A DNA stretch of 64,000 nt from Trueperaceae bacterium (GCA_965215565.1 CBDCDZ010000004.1:3264001-3328000), one strand, 5' to 3'. Positions 39,309 through 49,119 are shown, counted from the first letter of the stretch. Made by a program: numbers and translations. Notes: generated by a model from the sequence alone, not told the origin.

Positions 39309-39985
39309 GCGCCGTCGCGGACCTGTGGGGCGTCATCTGGAGCAGCCTCACACTGGATTCGAACCTGTGGCGTGACCTCACCGAGCCTGATGCGCTGCGT
39401 TTTCGGTTCGCCATTCTCATTGTGGTCATCGCGGGCTTGTCCGAAGCCGTGGCGCAGAGCGTGGTCTTATTCCTCAATCAGATCAGGGCGCACCGCTTCA
39501 TGGCGAGCTTGCTCATCAACGCGCTGCTCTTCACTTTCGGTTACGTGTTTTATGTGCTGAGCATCAACGTCGTCGCCCGCGCCCTGTACGGCGCGCCGCG
39601 CACGAACGAGCTTATCTTGACTAGCGTCGCACTCACCTACGCGCCGCTCATCTTGAGTTTTACGACGCTCATCCCTTACTTCGGGCGCGGTATCAGAATT
39701 CTCTTATCGGTGTATCACGTGTTGGCGCTGCTCATCGCGGTGCGGGTGGTGTTTGCGTTGGAACCTCTTCAAGCCCTCGTCTGCGTTGCGGTGGGTTGGA
39801 CGCTCTACACATTACTGAGCGGCACGCTCGGACGCCCGATCATCTCGCTGGCACGCTTTATACGCTACCGCTTTGCGGGCAAACAACTCTTAGAGGTGCA
39901 AGAGTTGCGCCGCCGCTACCGCGAACGGCTCGCGCTCCGCCAGGATGAGGCGCTGAGCGAACATCCGGGCGAGGAAAACCAGTGA
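39305..39985 (+). CDS. multi-TM membrane protein (Yip1-like)
   Basis: AGLSEAVAQSVVLFLN, APL...LIPYFG; translationally coupled on both sides. Confidence 0.65.
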   Translation: MSAVADLWGVIWSSLTLDSNLWRDLTEPDALRFRFAILIVVIAGLSEAVAQSVVLFLNQIRAHRFMASLLINALLFTFGYVFYVLSINVVARALYGAPRTNELILTSVALTYAPLILSFTTLIPYFGRGIRILLSVYHVLALLIAVRVVFALEPLQALVCVAVGWTLYTLLSGTLGRPIISLARFIRYRFAGKQLLEVQELRRRYRERLALRQDEALSEHPGEENQ

Positions 39986-40944
39986 TCACCACCTTGCTGC
40001 TAAGCGGCTTAGCCGCGCTTTTACTGATGGGGCTCCTCGCGCCTTTTGAGACGTTCGGCTGGTGGGCGGGCTGGTACGGTGAGAAGCCGGGCGAGCGTGC
40101 GCTACCTGACCCCAGTGAGGTGCCGCAGAGTGACGCCGCGCAGTTCGTGGTGTATCTGACGGGCATCAACGGGCTCAATCCTGAGGAGTACACCGAAGCG
40201 GAACAGGTCTTTCTAGCCGAACTCAGGGCGCGACTCCCCGATATTGAATTAGTCGAGGACGCTTATCCGTACGCGGCAAGCAACGAGGCGCTTACGGGCG
40301 AGCGCGTCTTCGCCTGGTTTTGGCGGCGTTTGGGCGACATGAGGGGCAAGGGGGCGCTCAGCCTCATCACCTACCTCATTCACGTGCGCAACATCTGGCA
40401 AGTGCTGGTCTCTTCGGATAACCGCTTCGGTCCCCTCTATAACTACGCCACCGCGCAGCACGTGCTTATTAGGCTTTTGGAGCACGGCTATCCGCTGGGC
40501 AGGGGCACCCCCGTCACCCTGATTGGCTATAGCGGCGGCGGGCAGATTTCAGTGGGCGCGGCTCCCCTCTTAGAAGACGCAATCGGCGCGCCCGTCCACG
40601 TCATCTCACTAGGCGGCGTGATCAGCTCGAACCGCAACATCATGGCGTTAGACGGTCTAGTGCACCTCTACGGCTCCAAGGACGCGGTGCAGCGCCTAGG
40701 CTATATCTTCTTTCCGCAGCGCTGGCCCTTTTTACGCTGGACGGCTTGGAACAAGGCGCGGCGGGCGGGCATCATCACGCGCATCCTGGTGGGACCGATG
40801 GTCCACGTCGGCGCAGGGGATTACATGGACCCGAACGCAATGCTGGAGGGTGGGCAGAGCTACTTGGATAAGACGTTGGGGGTGGTGAGCGAGCTGCTCA
40901 AAACGTTTCAAACAAGCGAGCGGAGCCGGGTGGAAACAACCTAA
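39982..40944 (+). CDS. membrane-associated alpha/beta-hydrolase-like protein
   Basis: LAPFETFGWWAGW, LIGYSGGGQ nucleophile elbow, late His (GPMVH). Confidence 0.65.
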   Translation: MITTLLLSGLAALLLMGLLAPFETFGWWAGWYGEKPGERALPDPSEVPQSDAAQFVVYLTGINGLNPEEYTEAEQVFLAELRARLPDIELVEDAYPYAASNEALTGERVFAWFWRRLGDMRGKGALSLITYLIHVRNIWQVLVSSDNRFGPLYNYATAQHVLIRLLEHGYPLGRGTPVTLIGYSGGGQISVGAAPLLEDAIGAPVHVISLGGVISSNRNIMALDGLVHLYGSKDAVQRLGYIFFPQRWPFLRWTAWNKARRAGIITRILVGPMVHVGAGDYMDPNAMLEGGQSYLDKTLGVVSELLKTFQTSERSRVETT

Positions 40945-40950
40945 GCTCAC

Positions 40951-41062
40951 TATAGCAAGTATCATTTGATTTGAGCCAGTCTCACGCTGGAGAACATCGA
41001 CGAGCACGCACATTCTTAAATGATACTTGCGCTATTTCAATTCAGCACTTCTGTGAATTGCT
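40951..41062. repeat. MITE-like dispersed repeat, copy B
   Basis: GCAAGTATCATTT...AAATGATACTTGC inverted repeat; shares blocks with 2178-2336. Confidence 0.7.
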
Positions 41063-41185
41063 TTGTATGTTTCAAGGGTCTAGCAGAACCTCAAGGAGCG
41101 AAGGGACGCCCTCAAGGATACTTTTGTAAAGCTGTCGTTAAGGGCGCGGCGCAACGTCCGCCTCCTCTTGCTTTATACTTCTCGC

Positions 41186-41632
41186 ATGGCTACACAGTTA
41201 CAGAAGATCGCGGTGCGCCCCGTTAGCAGCGACAACTGGCGCGACGTGAGTACACTAGAAGTTACCCAAGCGCAACGTGACTTTGTCGCTGAGCCGAACT
41301 TTTATCTCGCGCTATGCTGCTACGACACCTGGAACCCGCTCGCTATCTTCCTCGGTGAAACCGTTATAGGTTTCATGATGTGGGGGCTCGAGGAGGGAAG
41401 CTGTTGGCTGGGTGGTATCCTCATAGACCGGCGGTACCAGGGAAGAGGCTACGGGCGGCGCGCGGTGCAAGAGGCGGTGGAGGTGCTTGCGGCGCAAACG
41501 GGCGTGTCGGACTTCGCGCTCTCCTATCAGCCGACGAACGCCTTGGCTAGGCACCTCTATACCTCGGAGGGGTTTGTAGAGACGGGCGAGAGGGAAGATG
41601 ACGAGGTGGTGGCGAGGCTGAAGGTGAGGTGA
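41186..41632 (+). CDS. GNAT acetyltransferase (spermidine/diamine type)
   Basis: Q..FVA, IGFMMW, IDRRYQGRGYG, LSYQPTN..ARHLY; leaderless TATACT-N6-ATG. Confidence 0.88.
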   Translation: MATQLQKIAVRPVSSDNWRDVSTLEVTQAQRDFVAEPNFYLALCCYDTWNPLAIFLGETVIGFMMWGLEEGSCWLGGILIDRRYQGRGYGRRAVQEAVEVLAAQTGVSDFALSYQPTNALARHLYTSEGFVETGEREDDEVVARLKVR

Positions 41633-41834
41633 AAGCTCGAGCCTCAGCTTCACTGCGCTTTCACTGCGTCTATCTCTCAACCGAGTTTCTCTAAGGTCAA
41701 CGGTTTAGAGGTGTGAGTAGAAAGGCTGAGCGTCCTCGAGACCTTCAATTCTCGAAACCCGCAGTCCCCCTGCAGAGCCGCGCATGACATCCGAACGTCA
41801 TTCCCTCTAAACAGAACGTGTAACACTACCTCCT

Positions 41835-42818
41835 ATGAAGGTTCACCTCATCGCGGTGCAAGCGGCGATGCAGCTCAGCGACTACAGGAGCGCGCATCAC
41901 TTCGGGGCAAAGGTGCAGGCGCTGACCCGCCGCGCCGTAGCGGGTTTAGACGGCGCGCCCAAGCTCGTCGCCTTTCCTGAGACCATTGGCTTTCCGCTCC
42001 TCGCGTTGGGTGAGTACGAGGCTGTTTCTGAAATGCGCCGCGTATCTGAAGTGATGCGCCACCTCTTGGGGCGCTACTGGCGCGAGGTGCTCCGTGCGGC
42101 GTGGCGCTGGCGCGTGGTTGGGCTCGGGGCGCTGCACCTCGGGCGGGCTCTGCCCGCTTATCTCGCCTACAAGGATGCGTTTAGCGAGGCGGCGCGAACG
42201 TGCGGCGTGACGATCGTCGCAGGCTCGCACTTCCTGCCGCATATCGAAGAGGAGGCGACGAGGGGGGTGCACGTCGCGGACAAGAGGGTCCAGAACGTCG
42301 CTTACAGCTTTTCCCCGACGGGGCGCATCCTCAACCGCTCGAGCAAACGCTACCTCAACCCTGGGGCGGAATCGCGGGTTGGGCTGTCGCCTTCGGGAGA
42401 GTCCGCTCGTCCCTTCGATACACCTGCTGGGCGCGTCGGCGTCGCAATCTGCCTAGACGGATTTTACAGTTCGCCAATCGAACATTTAGATGGGCTCAGC
42501 GCGCAAATCGTGGTGCAGCCGAGCGCGAACCACGCGCCGTGGGATAGAAGGTGGCCCGCTGACCCCTCTCTATCCGAAGGAGAAGCGTGGCTGCATAAGG
42601 GTCTGCGCGCGCAGCTCCAAGGGCGGCTCCACCTGCGCTACGGTGTCAACCCGATGATGGTGGGCGATGTATGGGACTTGTCACCTAGAGGACGCTCCGC
42701 GCTCCTCGCGAACACCTGTTTTGGAGAGGTCGAGACCGAAGGGTATAGAGGGGTGCTGGCGCTCGCGCGTACCCCCGACCAAGAAGAGGTCGTGCGAGCT
42801 GAGGTAACGCTCCCTTAG
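41835..42818 (+). CDS. nitrilase-related carbon-nitrogen hydrolase
   Basis: VAFPE, K (SKRYL), AICLD catalytic triad. Confidence 0.85.
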   Translation: MKVHLIAVQAAMQLSDYRSAHHFGAKVQALTRRAVAGLDGAPKLVAFPETIGFPLLALGEYEAVSEMRRVSEVMRHLLGRYWREVLRAAWRWRVVGLGALHLGRALPAYLAYKDAFSEAARTCGVTIVAGSHFLPHIEEEATRGVHVADKRVQNVAYSFSPTGRILNRSSKRYLNPGAESRVGLSPSGESARPFDTPAGRVGVAICLDGFYSSPIEHLDGLSAQIVVQPSANHAPWDRRWPADPSLSEGEAWLHKGLRAQLQGRLHLRYGVNPMMVGDVWDLSPRGRSALLANTCFGEVETEGYRGVLALARTPDQEEVVRAEVTLP

Positions 42819-42901
42819 CTGCCGCGTAAGGAATCCTACATTCTCCTGTCATCCCGCTGTAAACGGTTTCGAAAGGCGCTTAAAGGCGTTAGAGTAGGAG
42901 G

Positions 42902-43720
42902 GTGACTGGAACGTTAGGACTCTTCTCCTTAGTCGACCTCTTTCAACTTTTAACGGCGTCCTCGAGGACGGGCCGCCTTTTAGTCGAACATCCCGAAGGC
43001 ACCGCGCGCGTCTATTTCGATAGAGGCAAGGTTGTGCACGCTGAGTTCGGCGCGTCGCGCGGTGTAGAGGCGGTCTACAGTCTTTTTGGCGACGAGCGCG
43101 GCTCCTTCGAATTTGGGCTGGGCTTGCCCGCTCCCGATACGACGATCCAGACGAGCACCGACAACCTGCTCCTAGAGGCGATCCGCCGCGTGGACGAGTA
43201 CCGCCGCGACAACCCCGAGCCGAGCCCGCCCCCCTACACGCCCGACGCCGTACCCGCGCCCGCCAAAGAGGACGCGGACGGGCTCGCGCTCGCCGACAAA
43301 GAGGCGGAGGTGCTACGCCTCGCGAACGGCGGACGTAACTTAGACGAGATCGCGCAGAGCGCGGGGCTAGGGCTTGACGAGGTCCGGGAGATCGTCTCGC
43401 GACTTTCGCAGGTGGGGGCGCTCGAGCTGCAGAACAAAAAGCCCCGCGTCGCGCGGCTCGTCACGCAGCTCGGCAAGCGTTTGCCGAGGGGCACTGTCGG
43501 CGTTGACGAGCAGATTCTGGCGAACTGGGCGCGGCTGCTCGGCGAGCCTACCGTGCGCGTCGCGTGTCGCCGCCCGGATGGAAAGGTGGACGTTTACGCC
43601 GCGCAAGGCGTGACAGGCGCGGGTCCCTACCTGCTCCTCTCGAAAGAGACGCTCTTCGCCGCGAACCTCTCGGTCAACACGGCGCTGCTCGTTAAACCCG
43701 CGAACGGGCTTAGTCAGTAG
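42902..43720 (+). CDS. DUF4388 domain protein with wHTH
   Basis: GTL..FSL.DLFQLL...RTG.L, YF..G.VVHA, LLLEAIRRVDE. Confidence 0.85.
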   Translation: MTGTLGLFSLVDLFQLLTASSRTGRLLVEHPEGTARVYFDRGKVVHAEFGASRGVEAVYSLFGDERGSFEFGLGLPAPDTTIQTSTDNLLLEAIRRVDEYRRDNPEPSPPPYTPDAVPAPAKEDADGLALADKEAEVLRLANGGRNLDEIAQSAGLGLDEVREIVSRLSQVGALELQNKKPRVARLVTQLGKRLPRGTVGVDEQILANWARLLGEPTVRVACRRPDGKVDVYAAQGVTGAGPYLLLSKETLFAANLSVNTALLVKPANGLSQ

Positions 43721-43745
43721 CGTGTCGAGGTTCGTCTAATTGAGT

Positions 43746-44621
43746 AGACCTCTTGCAAAAGTCATGAATCGAGGTTGGCGTTGATGAGCCCGGCGATGAG
43801 GTTGAAGCGTAAGGAGAAGCGCTTGCGCCTATTACGGTAAGTTTCTTTGAGGATACGCCAGATCTTGAGCGAACGAATCACATGTTCTACCGCGATGCGG
43901 AAGCGTCCTAGAGCGCGGTTGTGTTGTTTGGCTTCATCACTAAGCTCACCGCCCTTAGGCTTTTTGACGGGCAAGCAGGTCTGTGGATGACGCGTTGCTA
44001 AGCCTTGATAGCCGCTATCAGCGACGTACCAGACTTCAGGTTTACACCTAGGGGCTGTTTCTTTGAACAGCTTGTAGTCGTGCTTGGGACCTTTGGCGTG
44101 GGCTGTTGAAAGAATCCTCGTGTCACTTGCGTCTACCAGCACTTGACTCTTCAGCGTGTGGCGCTGCTTTTTTCCGCTAAAGTAACGTCGCTCCTTTTTT
44201 TGGGCTTCTCAATAGGCGTCTCGGTGACATCAATCAAGACGACAGTCCACTCAATCTCTTCCACCTCGCGCCTTTTAGGTAAGCTGAACTTGCCTGAAGC
44301 GATGAGTACGTCTTCAATCCGTGTGATGATCCGGTTCGCTGTGGACTCGTGCAGTCCGTAACTCGCCGCAATATGAAACTGCGTCCTGTATTCGCGCCAG
44401 TACGACAGCGCTAAGAGCAGTTTGTCCTCCAAGCTGAGTTTGCTTGTGCGTCCCGCCTTCTTCTTCTGCCGTTCAGCTTCTCCTAGAACGTCGAGCATCT
44501 GTTTGAACACACCAGGCTTGACGCCTGTCAAACGTCTGAACCCTTCTGGCGCTAGTCCTCTAATCTCTTCGTATCGCATAGCCTTACTTTGCAGCTATAT
44601 GTCTACTTTTGCAAGAGGTCT
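43746..44621 (-). mobile_element. IS5-family (ISL2/IS702-like) insertion sequence
   Basis: 17-bp perfect TIR AGACCTCTTGCAAAAGT; 3-bp target duplication AGT (43743-43745 and 44622-44624). Confidence 0.92.
43762..44579 (-). CDS. IS5-family DDE transposase, two ORFs joined by a -1 frameshift
   Basis: ORF1 HTH ...IDVTETPIEKPKK; A7G at 44184-44191; -1 frame YFSGKKQRHTLK...ADSGYQG...RIAVEHVIR. Confidence 0.88.
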
Positions 44622-44850
44622 AGTAAGTCAGCGTGGGCAAAACTGTCTGAGGAGACACCTCGCTTTACTCTTGAACGATAGTTGCGAAGCGTTATCTTGT
44701 ACGCTTTCCGGTTAATTCCCGTAGGAATCAACCCAAGTGTAACGAGCAGAAGCACGTACAGATTCCGATGATAGCGGAATAAACTCTGCAAGAGTTTATA
44801 TGGCAATCAATCGGAATCCATATTACGTAGCAGAACTGCTAAACTAGGGG

Positions 44851-45894
44851 ATGCAAGTGCGCGACACCTCTCACCCTGTGACTGACGTGCCCCAAGCCTC
44901 CCTGCTCGGCGCGCCGCGTGGTGGTGCGCTGGTGCAGTGGCGGCGCTACCCTTTTCCGCTCGAGTGGACGCGCCATTTCGATATGCCCTCGGACGTTCCG
45001 GTGCATTTAGAGATTGGTTTTGGCGACGGGCGCTACACCGTGCGGCGCGCCGCCGACGCGGGTGGCGAAGCGTTCGTGGGCTTGGAGATTTCTGGCGCGA
45101 GCTTGCTACGCGGGCTCAAAAATATCGAGCGCCACAAGGTCACGAATGTGCGTCTCCTCAAAGCGAACGCGAACTTCGCGGTGCGGCACCTTTTCGCGCC
45201 GCGTTCGCTCGCGTCCATAACCGTGAATTTCCCTGACCCCTGGCCCAAAGAAAAACACGAAGAGAACCGCCTCTTGCGCGCGCCCTTTTTCGAGTTAGCG
45301 GCGAGCCGCCTCGTCTCCGGCGGCGAGATTCGCCTCGCGACGGACCACCCGGCCTATCTCGAGTTCGCCCGAGCGCAGGCGCGGCAGACGGAACGCTTCG
45401 ACCTTCGCGAAGCGACGCCGCCCGCAGCGGTATTCGAGACTAAGTACGCGCTCAAGTGGACCGCGCAGGGAAAGCCGCTCTACTACCAGATTTTCACCTA
45501 CCGGGGTGCGCCGGCTCCTGAATTCTCCAGCCTAGAAAGAGTTGATACGATGCCTCACGCGATCCTTACGGGCACACTGCCGGGTCACGCGCCTTTTGCT
45601 AAGCAAGTCGTCCCTTACGCTTCGGGTCACGTCATCTTGCACGAGGTGGCGCGCTCACTCAGCGGCTCGGATGCGGGTGAGCGCCTGCTCGTTCGCACGA
45701 CGATCGAAGAGCGAGACTTGCGGCAACAAGTTTTAGTGACGGTGCGCCCACGCGGGTCAGGTGAGCTGATCGTAAGTCTAGAACCCTTCGGCGATCCCAT
45801 CGTTACCGAGGCCACGCGCGGCGCAGTGCACGCCGTGACCGAGTGGCTGCTGAGCTTGCCCGCCGAAATTCGGGTGAAAGCTAGGTCTTACTGA
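44851..45894 (+). CDS. trmB: tRNA (guanine46-N7)-methyltransferase with C-terminal extension
   Basis: LEIGFGDG, NFPDPWPK.KH...RL, LATDH, TKY..KW. Confidence 0.9.
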   Translation: MQVRDTSHPVTDVPQASLLGAPRGGALVQWRRYPFPLEWTRHFDMPSDVPVHLEIGFGDGRYTVRRAADAGGEAFVGLEISGASLLRGLKNIERHKVTNVRLLKANANFAVRHLFAPRSLASITVNFPDPWPKEKHEENRLLRAPFFELAASRLVSGGEIRLATDHPAYLEFARAQARQTERFDLREATPPAAVFETKYALKWTAQGKPLYYQIFTYRGAPAPEFSSLERVDTMPHAILTGTLPGHAPFAKQVVPYASGHVILHEVARSLSGSDAGERLLVRTTIEERDLRQQVLVTVRPRGSGELIVSLEPFGDPIVTEATRGAVHAVTEWLLSLPAEIRVKARSY

Positions 45895-46472
45895 TGGCTC
45901 CTGGGTCCGAGGAAAGGGCGACTCATGAACCCACCCCGGCGGTAAGGCGCAAAGCTGAGGCTGCCGGGATAGACTTAGACACCCTTAGGCAGAGCGATCC
46001 GACTGCCTATGCGGTGCTCAACGCGCAGCGCACGGTGCAGCTTGACCCGGCACTTAAAGAGGTGGCGGGAAGGACCCTCTTCGCCGCCTTTCCCGAGCGC
46101 CAGCTTTTTGATATGCCGCAAGGTGCACCAGGCGGTAAGACGCTCAGCCTGCTCATCTTTCCGCCTCTGGATAGCGACGAGTTAGCGCGTTTAGATGCGG
46201 TGCTCGCTGAGTTAGCGACGCAAGTACCGTCTCAATACGCTTTTTACCGTGTTGTTACCGACGTAGCAGGCGAACGGCGCGAACTTGCGCTGCCCGTCGC
46301 GCCCGGCGATTGGCGCGGGCAAGCTGGCGTTATGGTGGGACCGTTCGAGAGCGAGTCGGCAGCCGGCGCGTGGGGTGAAACGCATGTAGACGCCTCGAGC
46401 GGTTTAGTCAGCGACGTTTTGCCCTACAACGGTGCGTGGTTCTGCGACCTCTTTCGGGGCAATTCTCTTTAG
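45894..46472 (+). CDS. hypothetical protein coupled to trmB
   Basis: TGATG overlap; 192-aa ORF with host-like codon usage. Confidence 0.65.
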   Translation: MAPGSEERATHEPTPAVRRKAEAAGIDLDTLRQSDPTAYAVLNAQRTVQLDPALKEVAGRTLFAAFPERQLFDMPQGAPGGKTLSLLIFPPLDSDELARLDAVLAELATQVPSQYAFYRVVTDVAGERRELALPVAPGDWRGQAGVMVGPFESESAAGAWGETHVDASSGLVSDVLPYNGAWFCDLFRGNSL

Positions 46473-46511
46473 CTGCAGGGCTGCCTGCAAAGCCCCTTCA
46501 CCGGACTTGCG

Positions 46512-46793
46512 CTAACTCAAGCCAGGTGTAGACGCTACCTGCTCGAGCCGCAACCGCGAACCGTCCTCCAAGGTCAAATCTCCGTCAGCGGTAACGCTGT
46601 CTACGATGATCGTGCCGGGGCGCACCTGTCCGCCCGTTAGAGTAGCGACTTTGTAAGCGATAAAGTTGTCGCGGTAGATGAGCAGTTCCGCGCCATCTGC
46701 GCTGTTTACGCAGGTGGCTAGCTCGAGGTTCTCCTGCTTTAGAGCCCGCTTGCGCTCGGGTGAGGTGATGACGACGTAACGTTTGTTGAGCAT
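46512..46793 (-). CDS. hypothetical protein
   Basis: 93-aa ORF with ATG after AAATGGGG. Confidence 0.55.
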   Translation of the reverse strand: MLNKRYVVITSPERKRALKQENLELATCVNSADGAELLIYRDNFIAYKVATLTGGQVRPGTIIVDSVTADGDLTLEDGSRLRLEQVASTPGLS

Positions 46794-47359
46794 GATGCCC
46801 CCATTTCTGTCTAGGTTGTTTCTCGACTGTTCCTGTTTTAGCTGCCCTGTGTAAGGTTGTCGCAGCGCTGCGTTTTACAAACGCTTGTGACGAGAACTTA
46901 CAATACTGTAAAAAAAGTAACGGGCGGGGTCATGTGTCACGGTGTTTCTACACACCTTGAGGTGATCTGAATTATGGGATGTTGCCTTTAGGACGAGTGG
47001 TCAAAATTTATCCCGAAGGTCAAATTCACCTCTTCACGCTTAGAACAAACTTACTCACTGAAAATGCTGATAGATATACACACTTTAGAATAAAATCCCG
47101 CCAACGCCTCGAGCTGAAGTCTGAGTGGCGTCTCGTTCGGTGCGCGAAAAAGCTGGAGTCGTGTGAGCGATACTTTGCTCCGTAGCAAGGCGCAGGTTTT
47201 GGTTCGTTGCGAAAGCTATATGGTATAACTTACACCACACTAAAAGTTAATTAAGCTACATTAGGCGCTCCGCAGTTCGAATTATCCTCCTAACGTGCAA
47301 TACTAAGAGATATTTTGAGCTGCACGGCTAATGATTCGGGGGAGGGGGTGAAAAGAGAG

Positions 47360-48289
47360 ATGAACGACGTGGACGAAGCTGCGCTGCCGCAAGGACTCTC
47401 CCTTCGTAAAAAAGGGGAGAGCTTAGAGACGGTCTCCTCGAAAGCCATCGAGGTGCAGCTTCTGGCGGCGGGGCAGGGCGTAGAGATTCTTGAAGGAAAA
47501 TTGGGTAAGGGCAAGCGAATAACGCTCGTCCCTTCGGGTAAAGCGCTAGAGACATACTATATTTTGGAGGGACAGTTGCGTAGCGATAGCGATGCTGCCG
47601 CCAGGTCTATAGCTGTGGATGCGGGAGATTACCTCGTGACGGAGTCGCTAGCAGAATCTTACACCCTACTCGCGCAAACTGACGTTCGCTTTCTCTACTT
47701 CACCTCACAACCCACCTTTCACGAGATAAGCGAAGAGTTGGGCGATCTGATGCGGCTCGCCGTCGAAGTCGAAGTCAAGGACGGTTACACCGCCGAGCAT
47801 TGCAGGCGGTTACAGGTGCTCTCCTACGCGGCGGGACAGGAACTCGGCTTGGCGCAAGACAGGCTCTACCTTTTGGATTACGGCGCATATTTACACGATG
47901 TAGGCAAAGTCAAAGTGCCCGCCAACATCCTGCGCAAGCCCTCCACGCTGACCCAAGCGGAATGGGCGCTGATGAAAAAGCACCCTACGTTCGGGCGCGA
48001 ACTGCTCGAGAAAACCTACCTTAAAAGAGCCGGCGTCATCGTCGAACAGCATCACGAGCGTTTAGACGGAAGTGGCTACCCCCACGCACTCTCCGGGGAG
48101 GACGTCCTCATCGAGTCCTATATCGTCGCCGTCGCAGACGCCTACGACGCGATGACCACAGACCGCCCCTACCGCCGCGCCGCGCCGCCAGAGCAAGCGT
48201 TTATCGAACTTAGGAAATACGCCGGGATATACTACCCGAAAGAGGTCGTGCGCGCCTTTATTTCGGTTGTGATGAGAAAAGCGCTGTAA
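47360..48289 (+). CDS. cupin-domain + HD-GYP cyclic-di-GMP phosphodiesterase
   Basis: N-terminal ETYYILEGQL...AGDYL beta-barrel; HC.R, LHDVGK, HP, HHERLDGSGYP, ADAYDAMTTDRPYR. Confidence 0.9.
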   Translation: MNDVDEAALPQGLSLRKKGESLETVSSKAIEVQLLAAGQGVEILEGKLGKGKRITLVPSGKALETYYILEGQLRSDSDAAARSIAVDAGDYLVTESLAESYTLLAQTDVRFLYFTSQPTFHEISEELGDLMRLAVEVEVKDGYTAEHCRRLQVLSYAAGQELGLAQDRLYLLDYGAYLHDVGKVKVPANILRKPSTLTQAEWALMKKHPTFGRELLEKTYLKRAGVIVEQHHERLDGSGYPHALSGEDVLIESYIVAVADAYDAMTTDRPYRRAAPPEQAFIELRKYAGIYYPKEVVRAFISVVMRKAL

Positions 48290-48300
48290 TACCAAAGTGA

Positions 48301-48331
48301 TTTAAGGGTGTCACAAAGTGACAGCCTTAAA
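48301..48331. terminator. palindrome after the HD-GYP gene (terminator or operator)
   Basis: TTTAAGG.TGTCAC-AAA-GTGACA.CCTTAAA. Confidence 0.5.
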
Positions 48332-48772
48332 CGCTCTATGAGCGTAACTTCTAACGTCCTCACATTGTGACACCTCCTTTTCAGTCTGGTATAACACTAA
48401 CAATCTGCGAACACTCAACCAAAACAAACTGGACGCTGTTACGGTTCTGCGTGACGCTTCTCCACCCTCTGAGCGCTCGGGCGGTACGCCGAAGCGTAGA
48501 CTTTTTTGGTACTTGCGTACTCCCTCCTAACTATTGAAAGCGGTATTTCTATACGCTGACGCCGCACAGTTCAGCCGTAAAGTATGAGAACGCTTTTTAC
48601 GTTAATAACTTCATAAGGCCCGCTCCAATCGGATAAGAAGAATCTCACGCACTATTAAAAAAGCTTCTATGAGTTCTCAGTGTGCTCGATGTCACTCGGT
48701 TTCATCTTTGTGAAAAGTCCGCCACGGAGTATTTCAGTACCCATGATACGTTGTGTTTCGAGGTTGATAAGC

Positions 48773-48870
48773 CTCATCGGAAGCGACGACTTCTGTCCCG
48801 CAAGGAGCTTTGCTAAAGGCTCTTCTGGGCGCTTGGGACAGAAGAAGCTAGTAGCGCAACCGGCCGGGAC
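48773..48870 (+). ncRNA. c-di-GMP-II riboswitch aptamer
   Basis: CGGAAGC-GACGA-CTTCTGTCCC...TGGGCGCTT-GGGACAGAAG-AAGCTAGTAGCGCAACCGGCCG follows the class II layout (GGAA...GGGCRCUU...AGUAGYGCAACCGRCC) with pseudoknot GCGCT/AGCGC. Confidence 0.85.
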
Positions 48871-48935
48871 GCTCTTCCGGACAACTTGAAAAGCTTTGGA
48901 AAACCGGAGCACGCCATATCAGGGAGGATATGAAA

Positions 48936-49067
48936 ATGAAAAAGTCACTCATCAAAGCGTTGGTTCTTGCTCTTACTCTTACTGCGTTTGGTACAGTTTC
49001 GACAGCGAGCGCTGCCGAAGGTTCGGACAAGGCTCCGTCAGTTCAAAAGTTTAGAGTCAACTGCTAA
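48936..49067 (+). CDS. 43-aa secreted peptide precursor 1 (Phr-like architecture)
   Basis: GGGAGG RBS; MKKSLIKALVLALTLTAFGTVSTASA-AEGSDKAPSVQKFRVNC*. Confidence 0.85.
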   Translation: MKKSLIKALVLALTLTAFGTVSTASAAEGSDKAPSVQKFRVNC

Positions 49068-49087
49068 AGATTAAAAGTTCACCAACG

Positions 49088-49119
49088 AACTCCTCTACGA
49101 AGACGTAGAGGAGTTTTCT
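49088..49119 (+). terminator. terminator after peptide 1
   Basis: AACTCCTCTACG-AAGA-CGTAGAGGAGTT-TTCT. Confidence 0.8.

Noticed and set aside
44603..44806. 67-aa minus-strand ORF running into the IS end
   Set aside because: No RBS or recognisable motif, and its stop is supplied by the IS; probably spurious or an unidentifiable remnant
48597..48613. RDRM (DdrO-box)-like TTACGTTAATAACTTCA
   Set aside because: Two mismatches in the conserved right half-site and no DNA-repair gene directly downstream
48667..49030. ORF-track entries 48667-48912(-), 48680-48889(+) and 48848-49030(-)
   Set aside because: They overlap the riboswitch or are antisense to the better-supported peptide gene
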